Program-made: the position numbers and the translations under genes
Notes under the pieces: model-generated
The model's input: the letters and a program-made list of their open reading frames with translations, nothing else
Databases searched by the model: none
What the model was told of the DNA's origin: nothing
Origin: an uncultured Acidobacteriaceae bacterium
GTDB taxonomy: Bacteria; Acidobacteriota; Terriglobia; Terriglobales; Acidobacteriaceae
Length of the DNA: 64,000 nucleotides
Reading direction: 5' to 3'
Assembly (NCBI GenBank): GCA_963822545.1
Contig: CAWGIB010000006.1
Location: forward strand, 565,428 to 629,427
In this document: one piece after another, positions 20,378 through 28,471 of the stretch
Layout: each line of letters opens with the position of its first letter
How positions within the stretch are numbered: position 1 is the stretch's first letter

Positions 20378-20875
20378 GTGACGCGGTCAACCAATCAATC
20401 AAAGAAGCGTGTAGCCAGCCGCAAGGGTAAGGAAAATGCCGAAGGCAAGACCCCGGCGAAGCTGCTCGTCGCCATGACTGGCAAGGCAAGCGCGGCGAAG
20501 TCCGCAACGGGCGACGAACCCGTGTTCGCGTACATCGCCAGCTTGCCGCAGCCCCAGCGCGGCATCGCCGAGCGCATCGATGTCCTGGCGGCCAAGAGTT
20601 TGCCGGACATTCAGCGAGCGGTGAAGTGGGGCATGGCGTACTACGGGGTCGACGGGGGCTGGTGCTTCTCATCCGGCGCCTTCGTCGGCCATGTGAAACT
20701 GATGTTCATACGGGGCACGGCGATCAAGCCGGAACCGCCTGTGACGCCGATCGGGATGGGCAAATCCACCCGCGGAGTCGAGTTAGCTTCGGTTGACGAT
20801 TTCGACGAGCGCCAATTGGCGTCATGGATGAAGCAGGCCGCCACCATGCCCTTCGTTGGCGGAAAGAAGCGATGA
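20378..20875 (+). CDS. DUF1801 (YdhG-like) domain protein
   Basis: The GTG at 20378 is preceded by AGGAG at 20366-20370. The upstream part of ORF 20282 is hairpin-repeat sequence. Motifs IASLPQPQRGIAERIDVL...VKWGMAYYG..GGWCFS...FVGHVKLMF. Confidence 0.7.
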   Translation: MTRSTNQSKKRVASRKGKENAEGKTPAKLLVAMTGKASAAKSATGDEPVFAYIASLPQPQRGIAERIDVLAAKSLPDIQRAVKWGMAYYGVDGGWCFSSGAFVGHVKLMFIRGTAIKPEPPVTPIGMGKSTRGVELASVDDFDERQLASWMKQAATMPFVGGKKR

Positions 20876-21000
20876 CTACTCCGTGGCGCAGTGTTCGTCT
20901 TGAACCGGCGCGCAGTATAGAAAGACTCTCTTCTCTTGACGGAATGGCGGGTGGCCCAGCCTTGGGGAGGCTTTTGGTTTTCGCCTGCATCTCCCAGGCG

Positions 21001-21037
21001 AGGGTGCCCCATCCTTCGCGCACTTTGCGAAGGGTGG
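21001..21037 (-). repeat. GGGGCACC-hairpin family, copy 2 (inverted)
   Basis: GGGTGCCCCATCCTTCGCG-cactt-TGCGAAGGGTGGG. Confidence 0.7.
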
Positions 21038-21269
21038 GAACCACGGACGCATATACAGCGGGTTTCGTGCGGAAGGATAAAAGGTTGTATCGGCAGCATC
21101 GCCGCCCACCCCTTCGGCAAGCTCGGGGCAGGCTCTTGCAAATGGTGCAATGCAAAGATGGGCCACCCGCCGAAATAAGAAGTTAGAGTTTCGATGATTG
21201 TCATGCGGCGAGGGCCCACTGCTCGATCAAACGGAAAACTTTCGAAAGGAAGACTTAATTTTAAACCTT

Positions 21270-21304
21270 GGGTGCCCCATCTTTCGCGGTGTTCGAAAGG
21301 TGGG
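21270..21304 (-). repeat. GGGGCACC-hairpin family, copy 3 (inverted)
   Basis: GGGTGCCCCATCTTTCG-cggtgt-TCGAAAGGTGGG. Confidence 0.7.
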
Positions 21305-21361
21305 ATCTCCTCGAAGGGCAAACCTTTCCTCGTGGTTTTGAAAGCGGTGATCGTGGCTGAT

Positions 21362-21397
21362 CCCCGCATCTCGAAAAGCGCGAGATGTGGGGCACCC
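21362..21397 (+). repeat. GGGGCACC-hairpin family, copy 4
   Basis: CCCCGCATCTCG-aaaagcg-CGAGATGTGGGG followed by CACCC. Confidence 0.7.
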
Positions 21398-21504
21398 CAA
21401 GATAGAATCACCCACGAAATGGGGCACTGAAGTGGGCCACCCGCCGAAATAAGAAGGTGGAGTTTTAATTGATCGTCGGGCGCGAGGTCTGAAATTAAAG
21501 ACCT

Positions 21505-21569
21505 GGGACAGACGGGACGTTCGCCAATTTCTATTCGTCGACAAACTGGGGAACGTCCCGTCTGTCCCC
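21505..21569. repeat. long inverted-repeat element, copy 1 (perfect 18-bp arms)
   Basis: GGGACAGACGGGACGTTC (21505-21522), a 28-nt loop, then GAACGTCCCGTCTGTCCC(C) (21551-21569), followed by ATATTTCAGGTTTCCC. Confidence 0.8.
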
Positions 21570-21697
21570 ATATTTCAGGTTTCCCTGACCCCCTAGCCCC
21601 GAACACATTGGTGTCAACGCTGACTCACTGGTCTGGAATAGCTTAGTAAATTGCACGCGCGTACAAACGCACCCATGCACCCAAAATGATGAAACCG

Positions 21698-22873
21698 TCA
21701 GCTGTAGAGTAACGACAGCATATTCGCCCGGTCCATCTTTAGCGTATCGACAGACATCTCGGTCGTTTTGTGGTGCTTGATTCGCACGGAGACTCTCGCT
21801 TCCGCCTTGCACTCAAGCATTTTCACCACTTGCTCGGTCCGTTGGTGTTCCGGTTCTGGCTCAGTAAGTAATCGGTTGACATTGGACAGATAGGGAACAT
21901 TTTGAAGGCGTGCGGTAAAAGCATTCTGCGAGGGTGTTTTTCCTCCCCATCCCGAACCAAACCCTCCCGACTGAAATAAGGACGCATAAGCATTCGGCTG
22001 CTGTGGCGGAGATGGAGTCCTGAGGAATTTAAACGTCAGCTGAAGATCGAGTTCGGCAAATTGCGCGTCGCCGGACACTTCGTACAACTTGCCTGTCTTT
22101 ACCTCAAACTCCTTGATCGAAAGCGCACTGATCATATCCCTGGTTGCTCGACTCAGTTCTCGCGCCGCTCGATCAATCAGTTCGCGTTCGATGCTCTGTA
22201 TTTCAAAATGCGTTTGAGCCCACTTGTCTGTAACCTCGATAGGAGTCGGTGCGTGAGCTTTGAGAAAATCCTGAATGGACCGGTAGATGTGCAGCTTTCC
22301 GTTCTTGGTTTTCAAATCGCGATCGATGTCTGGGTGAATTGCGTCATCCGCCCAAAAGCCGCCGTCGCCAGAAACGAATACCACCTCGGTTTCCGCCTTA
22401 TCAGAATACGCAAGTGTCCACAACCAGAGGATTACATCGCGAAGTTCTTCTCCATTGTCGTTCGCAGGCCTCGTCCGGTGGATACCTCGCATGAAGGCTT
22501 CTTGAAGAAAATCTCCTGTTATTTCATCGAAGTAAATCGGAGCGACCCCGTCGGCTGGTTTCATTAGCTTCCTTCTGAGTTGTATCATCGCGGACTTGCC
22601 ATCAGGTTTTTGGAAGTGTAGAACGTCGCTCTCCAGATCGAGGTGGTGATATTTCCGACAGGCATCCTCGAAGGCCTTGGCACCTGTCTTCAGACGGCGA
22701 CCATAGTCGATCACCACCTCCTCGCGTACGACACGCGGCAGCACCAATCGCGATTCAGTCCGGCGCATGTACTCAAATAGGCTTTGGAAAGCCACGCCGT
22801 TCATCCTGTAATCAGCAGCGTAGATGTTAGAGTCGAGGATAATGTGCATGGTGAACGAGGGGCTTTTAACCAC
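21698..22873 (-). CDS. PIN-like domain protein B (DUF4935/PIN_12-like by motif) with unknown ~190-aa C-terminal domain
   Basis: The acidic/PIN pattern is ILDSNIY..., LPRVVREEV, GEELRDVILWLWTL, VVFVSGDGGFW. The C-terminal half has no recognisable motif. GTG start at 22873 (alternative ATG at 22849). AT-rich relative to neighbours. Confidence 0.7.
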   Translation of the reverse strand: MVKSPSFTMHIILDSNIYAADYRMNGVAFQSLFEYMRRTESRLVLPRVVREEVVIDYGRRLKTGAKAFEDACRKYHHLDLESDVLHFQKPDGKSAMIQLRRKLMKPADGVAPIYFDEITGDFLQEAFMRGIHRTRPANDNGEELRDVILWLWTLAYSDKAETEVVFVSGDGGFWADDAIHPDIDRDLKTKNGKLHIYRSIQDFLKAHAPTPIEVTDKWAQTHFEIQSIERELIDRAARELSRATRDMISALSIKEFEVKTGKLYEVSGDAQFAELDLQLTFKFLRTPSPPQQPNAYASLFQSGGFGSGWGGKTPSQNAFTARLQNVPYLSNVNRLLTEPEPEHQRTEQVVKMLECKAEARVSVRIKHHKTTEMSVDTLKMDRANMLSLLYS

Positions 22874-22911
22874 GCGACTTGGCGCTCATTCTTCTTGCTA
22901 ACTGCGGAGCT

Positions 22912-24039
22912 TTACGTATCCTTGTCCTTTTCGTCTTGGTCTCTTTCATCCCCATCTTTTTTCTCTTCCTTGGATGTTGGACGTGGCGAAGCCTGAGCGC
23001 TAGCGAGAGCCGCAAGAGTGTTCAATTTTGACTCGTCCAAGTTAATACTGCGGAGATAGTTGTTGATTCTGGTGTTGAGATCTGCCTGGTCAAGATTGAT
23101 GCTGCGGACATAGTTGCTAATTTTGTCAAGACTTGATTGGTCGACATTGATACCGCCGAGATAGCTATTGATTCTGTTGCTGAGAGTTGAAGGGTCCCAA
23201 TCGACGCTCTGGAGATATTTATCATATATGTCGAGATTGGAAGGGAACTTGGCCGCAGCGAGGCTTGACAACGCAATATTTGAAGTAGATACGAGATCTT
23301 TTTCCGCTTCTTCTTCCTTTTTTGACACCGGGACATCAAATGACTTGAGAGCCTCCGACAAACGTGTGTATAAGGTCAACTTCCGCGACTGACTTACTCG
23401 GTCGCTGAACTCGTGGCGCAGCTCATCGTTGATATAGGACCTTTTACCTATCGTGACACCATAGTCTGAATCTCGTGAAACAATCACGAGCCCAGCCTTC
23501 TTCTTCGCCGCACAGCGAATCATCCATTCCCAATTGAACGCATCTCCGTACGAGGTGTCACCCGCTTTTCTCGGAGGGCAGCCATGCATAAATCTTCTCA
23601 TCGCGGCGCGTCTCACGATGCGTCTGGTAATGTCATTTCGAGTTAGCGCCAGATCGTCAATTTTCTGAAAAATGCGCTGACAGACCTGATATACCGGATC
23701 GTTTTGTGCCGGATTATCCAATGCTTTGATGAGGCGTTCGCGCAGCTTCTTTACTCGCTTCTCAGCCTCCTCAAGGTGGCGGTCAATGATCTGCGTAGCC
23801 TTCACGTTCGAGAAGATCCCCGGACGGGATAGTTGAGATGGCTCCTTCAACGCACTCATACCATCGACGATCGCGGCCTGGCGATTCTTCTTGAATTCAC
23901 TTTCGAGTTGAAACGTTACGATGATGCGATCGGCGATCTGTTCAGTACGTTCGAGCAGCTGCAGGCCCGTCTCGTTCTTGGCTCTATAAAAATCGAGCCA
24001 GATATTGGTATCGATAAATAGCAGATTAGGAAGCGCCAT
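22912..24039 (-). CDS. PIN-like domain protein A with C-terminal 17-18-aa tandem repeats and acidic tail
   Basis: LLFIDTNIWLDFYR, VTFQLESEFKKNR, PPRKAGDTSYGDAFNWEWMIRCAAKKKAGLVIVSRDSDYG (the 'GD...GD..W...VS.D.D' pattern I associate with PIN_8-type PIN-like domains). Followed by the repeats (R/K)I(N/S).Y(L/V)..IN(L/V)D...L(N/D) and the tail KEEKKDGDERDQDEKDKDT. Confidence 0.7.
   Translation of the reverse strand: MALPNLLFIDTNIWLDFYRAKNETGLQLLERTEQIADRIIVTFQLESEFKKNRQAAIVDGMSALKEPSQLSRPGIFSNVKATQIIDRHLEEAEKRVKKLRERLIKALDNPAQNDPVYQVCQRIFQKIDDLALTRNDITRRIVRRAAMRRFMHGCPPRKAGDTSYGDAFNWEWMIRCAAKKKAGLVIVSRDSDYGVTIGKRSYINDELRHEFSDRVSQSRKLTLYTRLSEALKSFDVPVSKKEEEAEKDLVSTSNIALSSLAAAKFPSNLDIYDKYLQSVDWDPSTLSNRINSYLGGINVDQSSLDKISNYVRSINLDQADLNTRINNYLRSINLDESKLNTLAALASAQASPRPTSKEEKKDGDERDQDEKDKDT
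23020..23240 (-). repeat. in-frame tandem coding repeat (about 51-54 nt unit, 3 clear plus 1 degenerate copies)
   Basis: Peptides DIYDKYLQSVDWDPSTLS / NRINSYLGGINVDQSSLD / KISNYVRSINLDQADLN / TRINNYLRSINLDESKLN. Confidence 0.7.
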
Positions 24040-24337
24040 ACTAAGTACCTACGGCGCACATTATACAGTCCGACAAACTCTTGCTTTGATTTTTCTCGGA
24101 TGCTTTTCGTTGGACGATGTCAGGTCGAAAGCAATCCTCTACGGTGCACCGACGATAGTCATCTACCAGTGGCCTACGACGAGGAAAGTAGTCTGCTCGT
24201 ATGAACAAATCGGCGAAGAAAGGTTAGTTTCACCTATCCGCGATGATCGACCTTGACACTTTCGATCCAAGAAAGTATTTCCCAGCCAAGATGGACGGGC
24301 ACTGTGCCCGATTGCGGTTGCTCTCCATCAAATCACA

Positions 24338-24381
24338 GGAAATGTGGGGACACGCGGAACTGCCCCCAATTCTTCTGTCCC
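24338..24381. repeat. long inverted-repeat element, copy 2 (degenerate)
   Basis: GGAAATGTGGGGACACGCGGAACTGCCCCCAATTCTTCTGTCCCC. Collinear with GAAATGTGGGGACAGACGGGACG...CCATCCCCAATTTTTC at 29221-29300. Confidence 0.55.
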
Positions 24382-24413
24382 CGAATTGTTCCGATTTGAT
24401 TCCCGCCGTGAAC

Positions 24414-24734
24414 CTATTCATCCAATGAGAATCCGCCCGGCAAAGCTGCCTCAAGATTGATTTGTTCTCCGGTGATGGGGTGTTGGAAATTCAGAAATTG
24501 GGCGTGCAGGAAATATCCTCCATCGCCCGGGAGGCCGGGGAGATTTTCAAGGGGCTGGCCGGATAAAACCGTACAGAGGATCGCCTACCAGCGGATGGCC
24601 GATGGATGCCAGATGGATTCTGATTTGATGAGGGCGTCCCGAATCCAGGCTTACCTCACATGTTGTGGTGCTGCGGTGCGTGAGATCACTTTTGCCAATG
24701 ACTTTGACGGTTTGCCACTCGGGTTGGCGGCCCA
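24414..24734 (-). pseudogene. duplicated 3' fragment of the RluA-family pseudouridine synthase gene (copy of 29342-29755)
   Basis: Near-identical nucleotide stretch. Encodes WAANPSGKPSKSLAKVISR..STTTCEVSLDSGRPHQIRIHLASIGHPLVGDPLYG..YFLHAQFLNFQHPITGEQINLEAALPGGFSLDE* across at least 2 frames. There is no 5' part. Confidence 0.85.
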
Positions 24735-24803
24735 TAAAAGACCGGGGACAGTCCCGGTTTTCCCCCAGCTTTGCAAAACCACAAGGTGTCGGCAGTGTGA
24801 AGG

Positions 24804-24838
24804 CCCACTTCTCGAAAAGCGCGAGAAGTGGGGCACCC
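24804..24838 (+). repeat. GGGGCACC-hairpin family, copy 5
   Basis: CCCACTTCTCG-aaaagcg-CGAGAAGTGGG followed by GCACCC. Confidence 0.7.
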
Positions 24839-24946
24839 TCAGCTAATATTCAGTCGGCAATCAAGACGTCATAATCGGTTCCGAGAAGTGGGCCAGCCGT
24901 CCTGTCACGGCCTTTCCGGGTCGAGGAGGCAGACCTCCCAGTTCAG

Positions 24947-25549
24947 TTACTGCTGCTTCTTGAACAAATCCTGGAAGATGAGCTGACCCCAAGTGCGGCC
25001 GCGTGCGTGCACCAGCGCGCCACCCTCGTTGAGCTTTCCCAGCTTGACGGGTGCGAACCCGAGTTGTTTGGCCAAATCCGCCACGGGAGTGATCGCGTCC
25101 TCGTCGTCGCTCGACAGAAAGACGACCCGGTGGCCCCCTTCGACGATCGGATCCGTAGCCAAAATGGCTGCACCCAGGTGATTGAAAGCTTTCACGAGTT
25201 TGGCACCGATGAAAGACCTCGCAACGAACGCGGAGGACGGGAGACTGTCCAATTCCTCAGGTGGGACTGGAAACGAGTTCATCGCGTCGATGACCGTCTT
25301 GCCTTTCCAACTCGGCAGGGCCTTCGCAACTTCGCGATGTTCCCCGAACGGGACCGCCAGGATGATGGTGTCGGCCTCAAGTGCATCCCGCAGCGACTTG
25401 GCGACGACGGTGGATCCAATCGCCCGAGCCTGCGGCGCCAACGCCTCAGGCGGCTTGCGACTCGCAACGGTTACGTCGATGTTTTTACGGGCAAACGCGT
25501 GGGCGAGAGCCTGGCCTATCTTTCCGAATCCTACAATTGCGTAGCTCAT
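24947..25549 (-). CDS. NADP oxidoreductase, F420-dependent-type (NpdG/ProC-like Rossmann) protein
   Basis: MSYAIVGFGKIGQALAHAFARKNIDVTVASR; ...IILAVPF. The ATG at 25549 is chosen over the longer ORF. Confidence 0.7.
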   Translation of the reverse strand: MSYAIVGFGKIGQALAHAFARKNIDVTVASRKPPEALAPQARAIGSTVVAKSLRDALEADTIILAVPFGEHREVAKALPSWKGKTVIDAMNSFPVPPEELDSLPSSAFVARSFIGAKLVKAFNHLGAAILATDPIVEGGHRVVFLSSDDEDAITPVADLAKQLGFAPVKLGKLNEGGALVHARGRTWGQLIFQDLFKKQQ

Positions 25550-25701
25550 AATGTTTCTCCGATCCGTGTTGATATTGATTCCCAGCCTTCGACGGCGCGG
25601 GACATCAAATTCTGTTCTGTGGCGACCTTCCGTAAACGTCCCGCGGTAAATCACTTTTGCTGGCCACCGGAAGGTCAGCCGCTAGCAGAGGTCTGCAAAC
25701 G

Positions 25702-26436
25702 TCAGATGGCCGTCATGCCGCCGTCGACATTCAACTCCACCCCGTTCACGAAGCTGGAATCGTCGGAAGCAAGAAACAGCGCGACCGTCGCGATTTCCTC
25801 AGGTTGACCCATCTTTCCCCGCGGGATCAGGGATTCGAACATCTCCTTCGCTTCCTTGGTGAGAACTTCTTCCTGCATCGGTGTGGCGATCGGCCCCGGC
25901 CCCAGCACGTTCACCCGGATATTTCTGCCCTTCAGTTCGTTGAGCCACGTGCGAGCAAAGGAGCGCAATGCTGCCTTGCTCGCCGCATACACGCCGAAAC
26001 CAGGAAAACCTTTCACCGAAGCAACGGATCCGGTCATGATTATCGATCCGCCATTGTTGAACAGCGGCAACGCCTTCTGAACCGTAAACAGCGTTCCGCG
26101 CGTATTCAGGCCGAAGGTCGCATCGAAGTGCTGCTCGGTAATCTCGCCCAGTGGTAAGGCCTCGCCCCTGCCAGCGCTCGCGAACAGGACGTCGATCTTG
26201 CCCTTTTCCCGCTTGACCGTATCGAACAGACGGTCGAGGTCGTCGAGATTGGCCGCGTCACCGCGCACGCCGGTCACGTTTCGGCCAATCAGCTTGACGG
26301 CCTCATCGAGCTGCTCCTGCCTCCTACCCGTGATGAAAACGTAGGCGCCTTCTTCAACGAAGCGCTTGGCGCTCGCCAGCGCCATGCCGCTCGATCCACC
26401 CGTGATGACTGCAACTTTTCCTTCAAGCTTTCCCAT
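25702..26436 (-). CDS. short-chain dehydrogenase/reductase (SDR)
   Basis: KVAVITGGSSGMALA (TGxxxG), NNGG, YAASKAA (YxxxK), and a PGPIATP motif. The ATG at 26436 is chosen; the 426-aa ORF is over-extended. Confidence 0.9.
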   Translation of the reverse strand: MGKLEGKVAVITGGSSGMALASAKRFVEEGAYVFITGRRQEQLDEAVKLIGRNVTGVRGDAANLDDLDRLFDTVKREKGKIDVLFASAGRGEALPLGEITEQHFDATFGLNTRGTLFTVQKALPLFNNGGSIIMTGSVASVKGFPGFGVYAASKAALRSFARTWLNELKGRNIRVNVLGPGPIATPMQEEVLTKEAKEMFESLIPRGKMGQPEEIATVALFLASDDSSFVNGVELNVDGGMTAI

Positions 26437-26557
26437 AATTGCTCCCTTCGGTAGATGCGTAACATTCGGTACAGTAGAGTAGAGTTCTTTGGCGGTGGAC
26501 GAGAACTGCTCAGGAGTCCTAATATTTTGTCCATTCGTCCAAACGAGAGAGGCTAAG

Positions 26558-27601
26558 TTGGATCCGATAACAGACATCTTCAGAACGATGCACGTAACCG
26601 CTTTCGGTCTGCACAGGCTCGAAGCCACAGCCCCGTGGGGCATAAAACAGGAAAACCAGACCGAAGAAAAAGTCACGCCTTCCGACAAAAAGATGTCACC
26701 CACAGATTTGGCGCACTTCGCCATGCTTTCGCGCGGCAACTGCTGGCTGAGTGTGGAAGGGATTGCGGAGCCGATTCCCCTCACCGGTGGTGATTGCTTT
26801 TTACTGGCTAAGGGGACTTCGATTGTTTTGCGCGACAGCCCGCGAACACGTCCGAGGTGGAGCTTCCGCGAGATCGGGGCCAAGGCCAACGGCAATGTCG
26901 CTCTTTGTGGCGGCGGTGGCGCACCGACGACAATCGTCTGTGGATCCTTGAGTTTCGATCGCGCCAGCCTGAGGCCGATCACTCAGTTATTGCCGAACTT
27001 CATTTTGATGAAGGCCGATCAGGCACGCACGCTTGCTCTTCACACCACAGTGCAGGCGCTCGCGTCAGAGATGGCAGAACAGGCGCCGGGATCTGAAGTC
27101 GTCGCGAGTCGGCTGGCCGAGGTTCTGTTTATCCAGGTACTCCGGGCGCATATCGCGTCGGGACCGGAACGCAACAAAGGATGGCTTCGTGCAATTTTCG
27201 ATCCTCAAATAGGCGCTGCTCTGAGTGCCATTCACGACAGAGTGAATACACCCTGGACGGTCGAATCCCTGGCTGAAGCGGCGGGCATGTCTCGCTCCGC
27301 ATTCGCAGCACGTTTCAAAGAGCTACTCGGACAAACACCACTGGAATATGTAACCGAGTGGCGGATGCAGAAGGCGATGCAGTTACTACAACAGCGTGAC
27401 AAAAAGCTCATAGACGTCGCTCGGTCGGTCGGTTACGAGTCCGACGCCGCATTCAGTAAGGCGTTCAAGCGAGTTGTCGGGGCCAATCCTGGTGAATACC
27501 TCAGACGTGGTTTTGAAGGATCCAAAATCGACCGAAGCAGACCACGATCAGCATTAGGCTTACCTTCTCTCAAAGTCTCCAGCTTTGCCGGCCCGCCGTG
27601 A
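26558..27601 (+). CDS. AraC family transcriptional regulator with N-terminal cupin-type sensor domain
   Basis: (L)DPITDIFRTMHVTAF is an AraC_N/cupin_6-like start. C-terminal HTH WTVESLAEAAGMSRSAFAARFKELLGQTPLEYVTEWRMQKAMQLL....IDVARSVGYESDAAFSKAFKR. The TTG start at 26558 is inferred. Confidence 0.8.
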   Translation: MDPITDIFRTMHVTAFGLHRLEATAPWGIKQENQTEEKVTPSDKKMSPTDLAHFAMLSRGNCWLSVEGIAEPIPLTGGDCFLLAKGTSIVLRDSPRTRPRWSFREIGAKANGNVALCGGGGAPTTIVCGSLSFDRASLRPITQLLPNFILMKADQARTLALHTTVQALASEMAEQAPGSEVVASRLAEVLFIQVLRAHIASGPERNKGWLRAIFDPQIGAALSAIHDRVNTPWTVESLAEAAGMSRSAFAARFKELLGQTPLEYVTEWRMQKAMQLLQQRDKKLIDVARSVGYESDAAFSKAFKRVVGANPGEYLRRGFEGSKIDRSRPRSALGLPSLKVSSFAGPP

Positions 27602-27622
27602 CACCAGAAAAGTAGACAGAAG

Positions 27623-28306
27623 CTAGTGTCGCTTTGAGGCATTCGAACGGCCGGATCGCTTAGCGATTGCTCTCTTCGGCAATCGCGGAACAGCCTTAAC
27701 GCCCGCCCAAAGGGTTGCGATCGTTTGCTCGACCACGAGAGTCTGGTCAGGCAAGTCAGGCACAACCCCTTGGATGACCATGAGTGTGGCGAGACCAAAG
27801 ATCGTAAACCACCAGGTATGGGCTATCACGATGTCATCCCTGTTTGGCAATCCTTCTTCCTTAGCAACATCGAAAAAGAGCTGCACGAAACGTCCGAACA
27901 ACGGCGCGCCAATGTCATTGATATATTGTCCAGCTCGGACGCCGTTGCGGTTCTCAGGCCCGAAGAAGACGTTGCGGAACTGCTGTGGATGGGCAATGCA
28001 GAATTGAATCAATCCGCGCGAGGTCGCAAAAAGGCGCTCTTTCGGTGCGAGATATTTAGCGGCAATCGCGTCGAAGTTCTGAATCATCAGCCCGATCGTC
28101 TCGCGGCTCAACTCGGCAAGAATGTGTGATTTGTCCGGAAAATGCTGGTAGATCACGGCATGCGTGTAACCGATTTCTTTAGCGATCTCACGAAGCGTCA
28201 CGGCTTCGTAACCGCGATCGGCGAACAATTTACCTGCAGCCGCAAGGATTTCGCCCCGCAACCTCTCCTTGCGCTCTACCCGGCGACTTGGTGATGTGGA
28301 TGTCAC
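27623..28306 (-). CDS. TetR family transcriptional regulator
   Basis: RKERLRGEILAAAGKLFADRGYEAVTLREIAKEIGYTHAVIYQHFPDK. The GTG at 28306 is chosen because the longer ORF would run through the operator palindromes. Confidence 0.8.
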   Translation of the reverse strand: MTSTSPSRRVERKERLRGEILAAAGKLFADRGYEAVTLREIAKEIGYTHAVIYQHFPDKSHILAELSRETIGLMIQNFDAIAAKYLAPKERLFATSRGLIQFCIAHPQQFRNVFFGPENRNGVRAGQYINDIGAPLFGRFVQLFFDVAKEEGLPNRDDIVIAHTWWFTIFGLATLMVIQGVVPDLPDQTLVVEQTIATLWAGVKAVPRLPKRAIAKRSGRSNASKRH

Positions 28307-28357
28307 TTTCAATAGCTTAGTCCATTTTGATGATTGTTGCGACCGAGTGTTACTTTC

Positions 28358-28402
28358 TAACCATTGGTTATGTAACCAATGATTATTTTGCAACCAATGG
28401 TT
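28358..28402. promoter_or_regulatory. candidate TetR operator cluster in the divergent intergenic region
   Basis: A perfect 13-bp palindrome TAACCATTGGTTA (28358-28370), plus AACCAATGATT and AACCAATGGTT (28392-28402). It sits between the tetR gene and the 28472 gene. Confidence 0.5.
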
Positions 28403-28471
28403 TGTACGAGCCTCTAATAGTCAGGTCGCTCATTTGGATAGGCGGCCAAATACGAGGCAAAGGAGAATGCG

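Larger units (their letters stand above)
20876..21600. repeat. non-coding cluster of hairpin repeats (3 GGGGCACC-hairpins, 2 stop+SD modules, 1 long inverted-repeat element)
   Basis: See the individual copies below. ORFs predicted here (for example 20641-21606) are built from repeat units (MGHP/WGT peptides). Confidence 0.75.

Noticed and set aside
20876-21600. Possible CRISPR array or integron attC array, given the many inverted repeats
   Set aside because: The repeats belong to three different families, have irregular spacing and mixed orientation, and show no constant repeat/spacer periodicity. No cas or intI gene is in the window, and the stems lack the attC R'/R'' core.
20641-21606. A 321-aa ORF on the minus strand (and the overlapping ORFs 20724-21155, 20936-21178, 21194-21430, 21227-21571), considered as possible genes
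   Set aside because: The sequence is a mosaic of the hairpin and stop+SD repeats (recurrent MGHP/WGT/GAP peptides). There is no domain-like sequence. The ORF overlaps the DUF1801 gene antisense. I treat it as non-coding repeat DNA.
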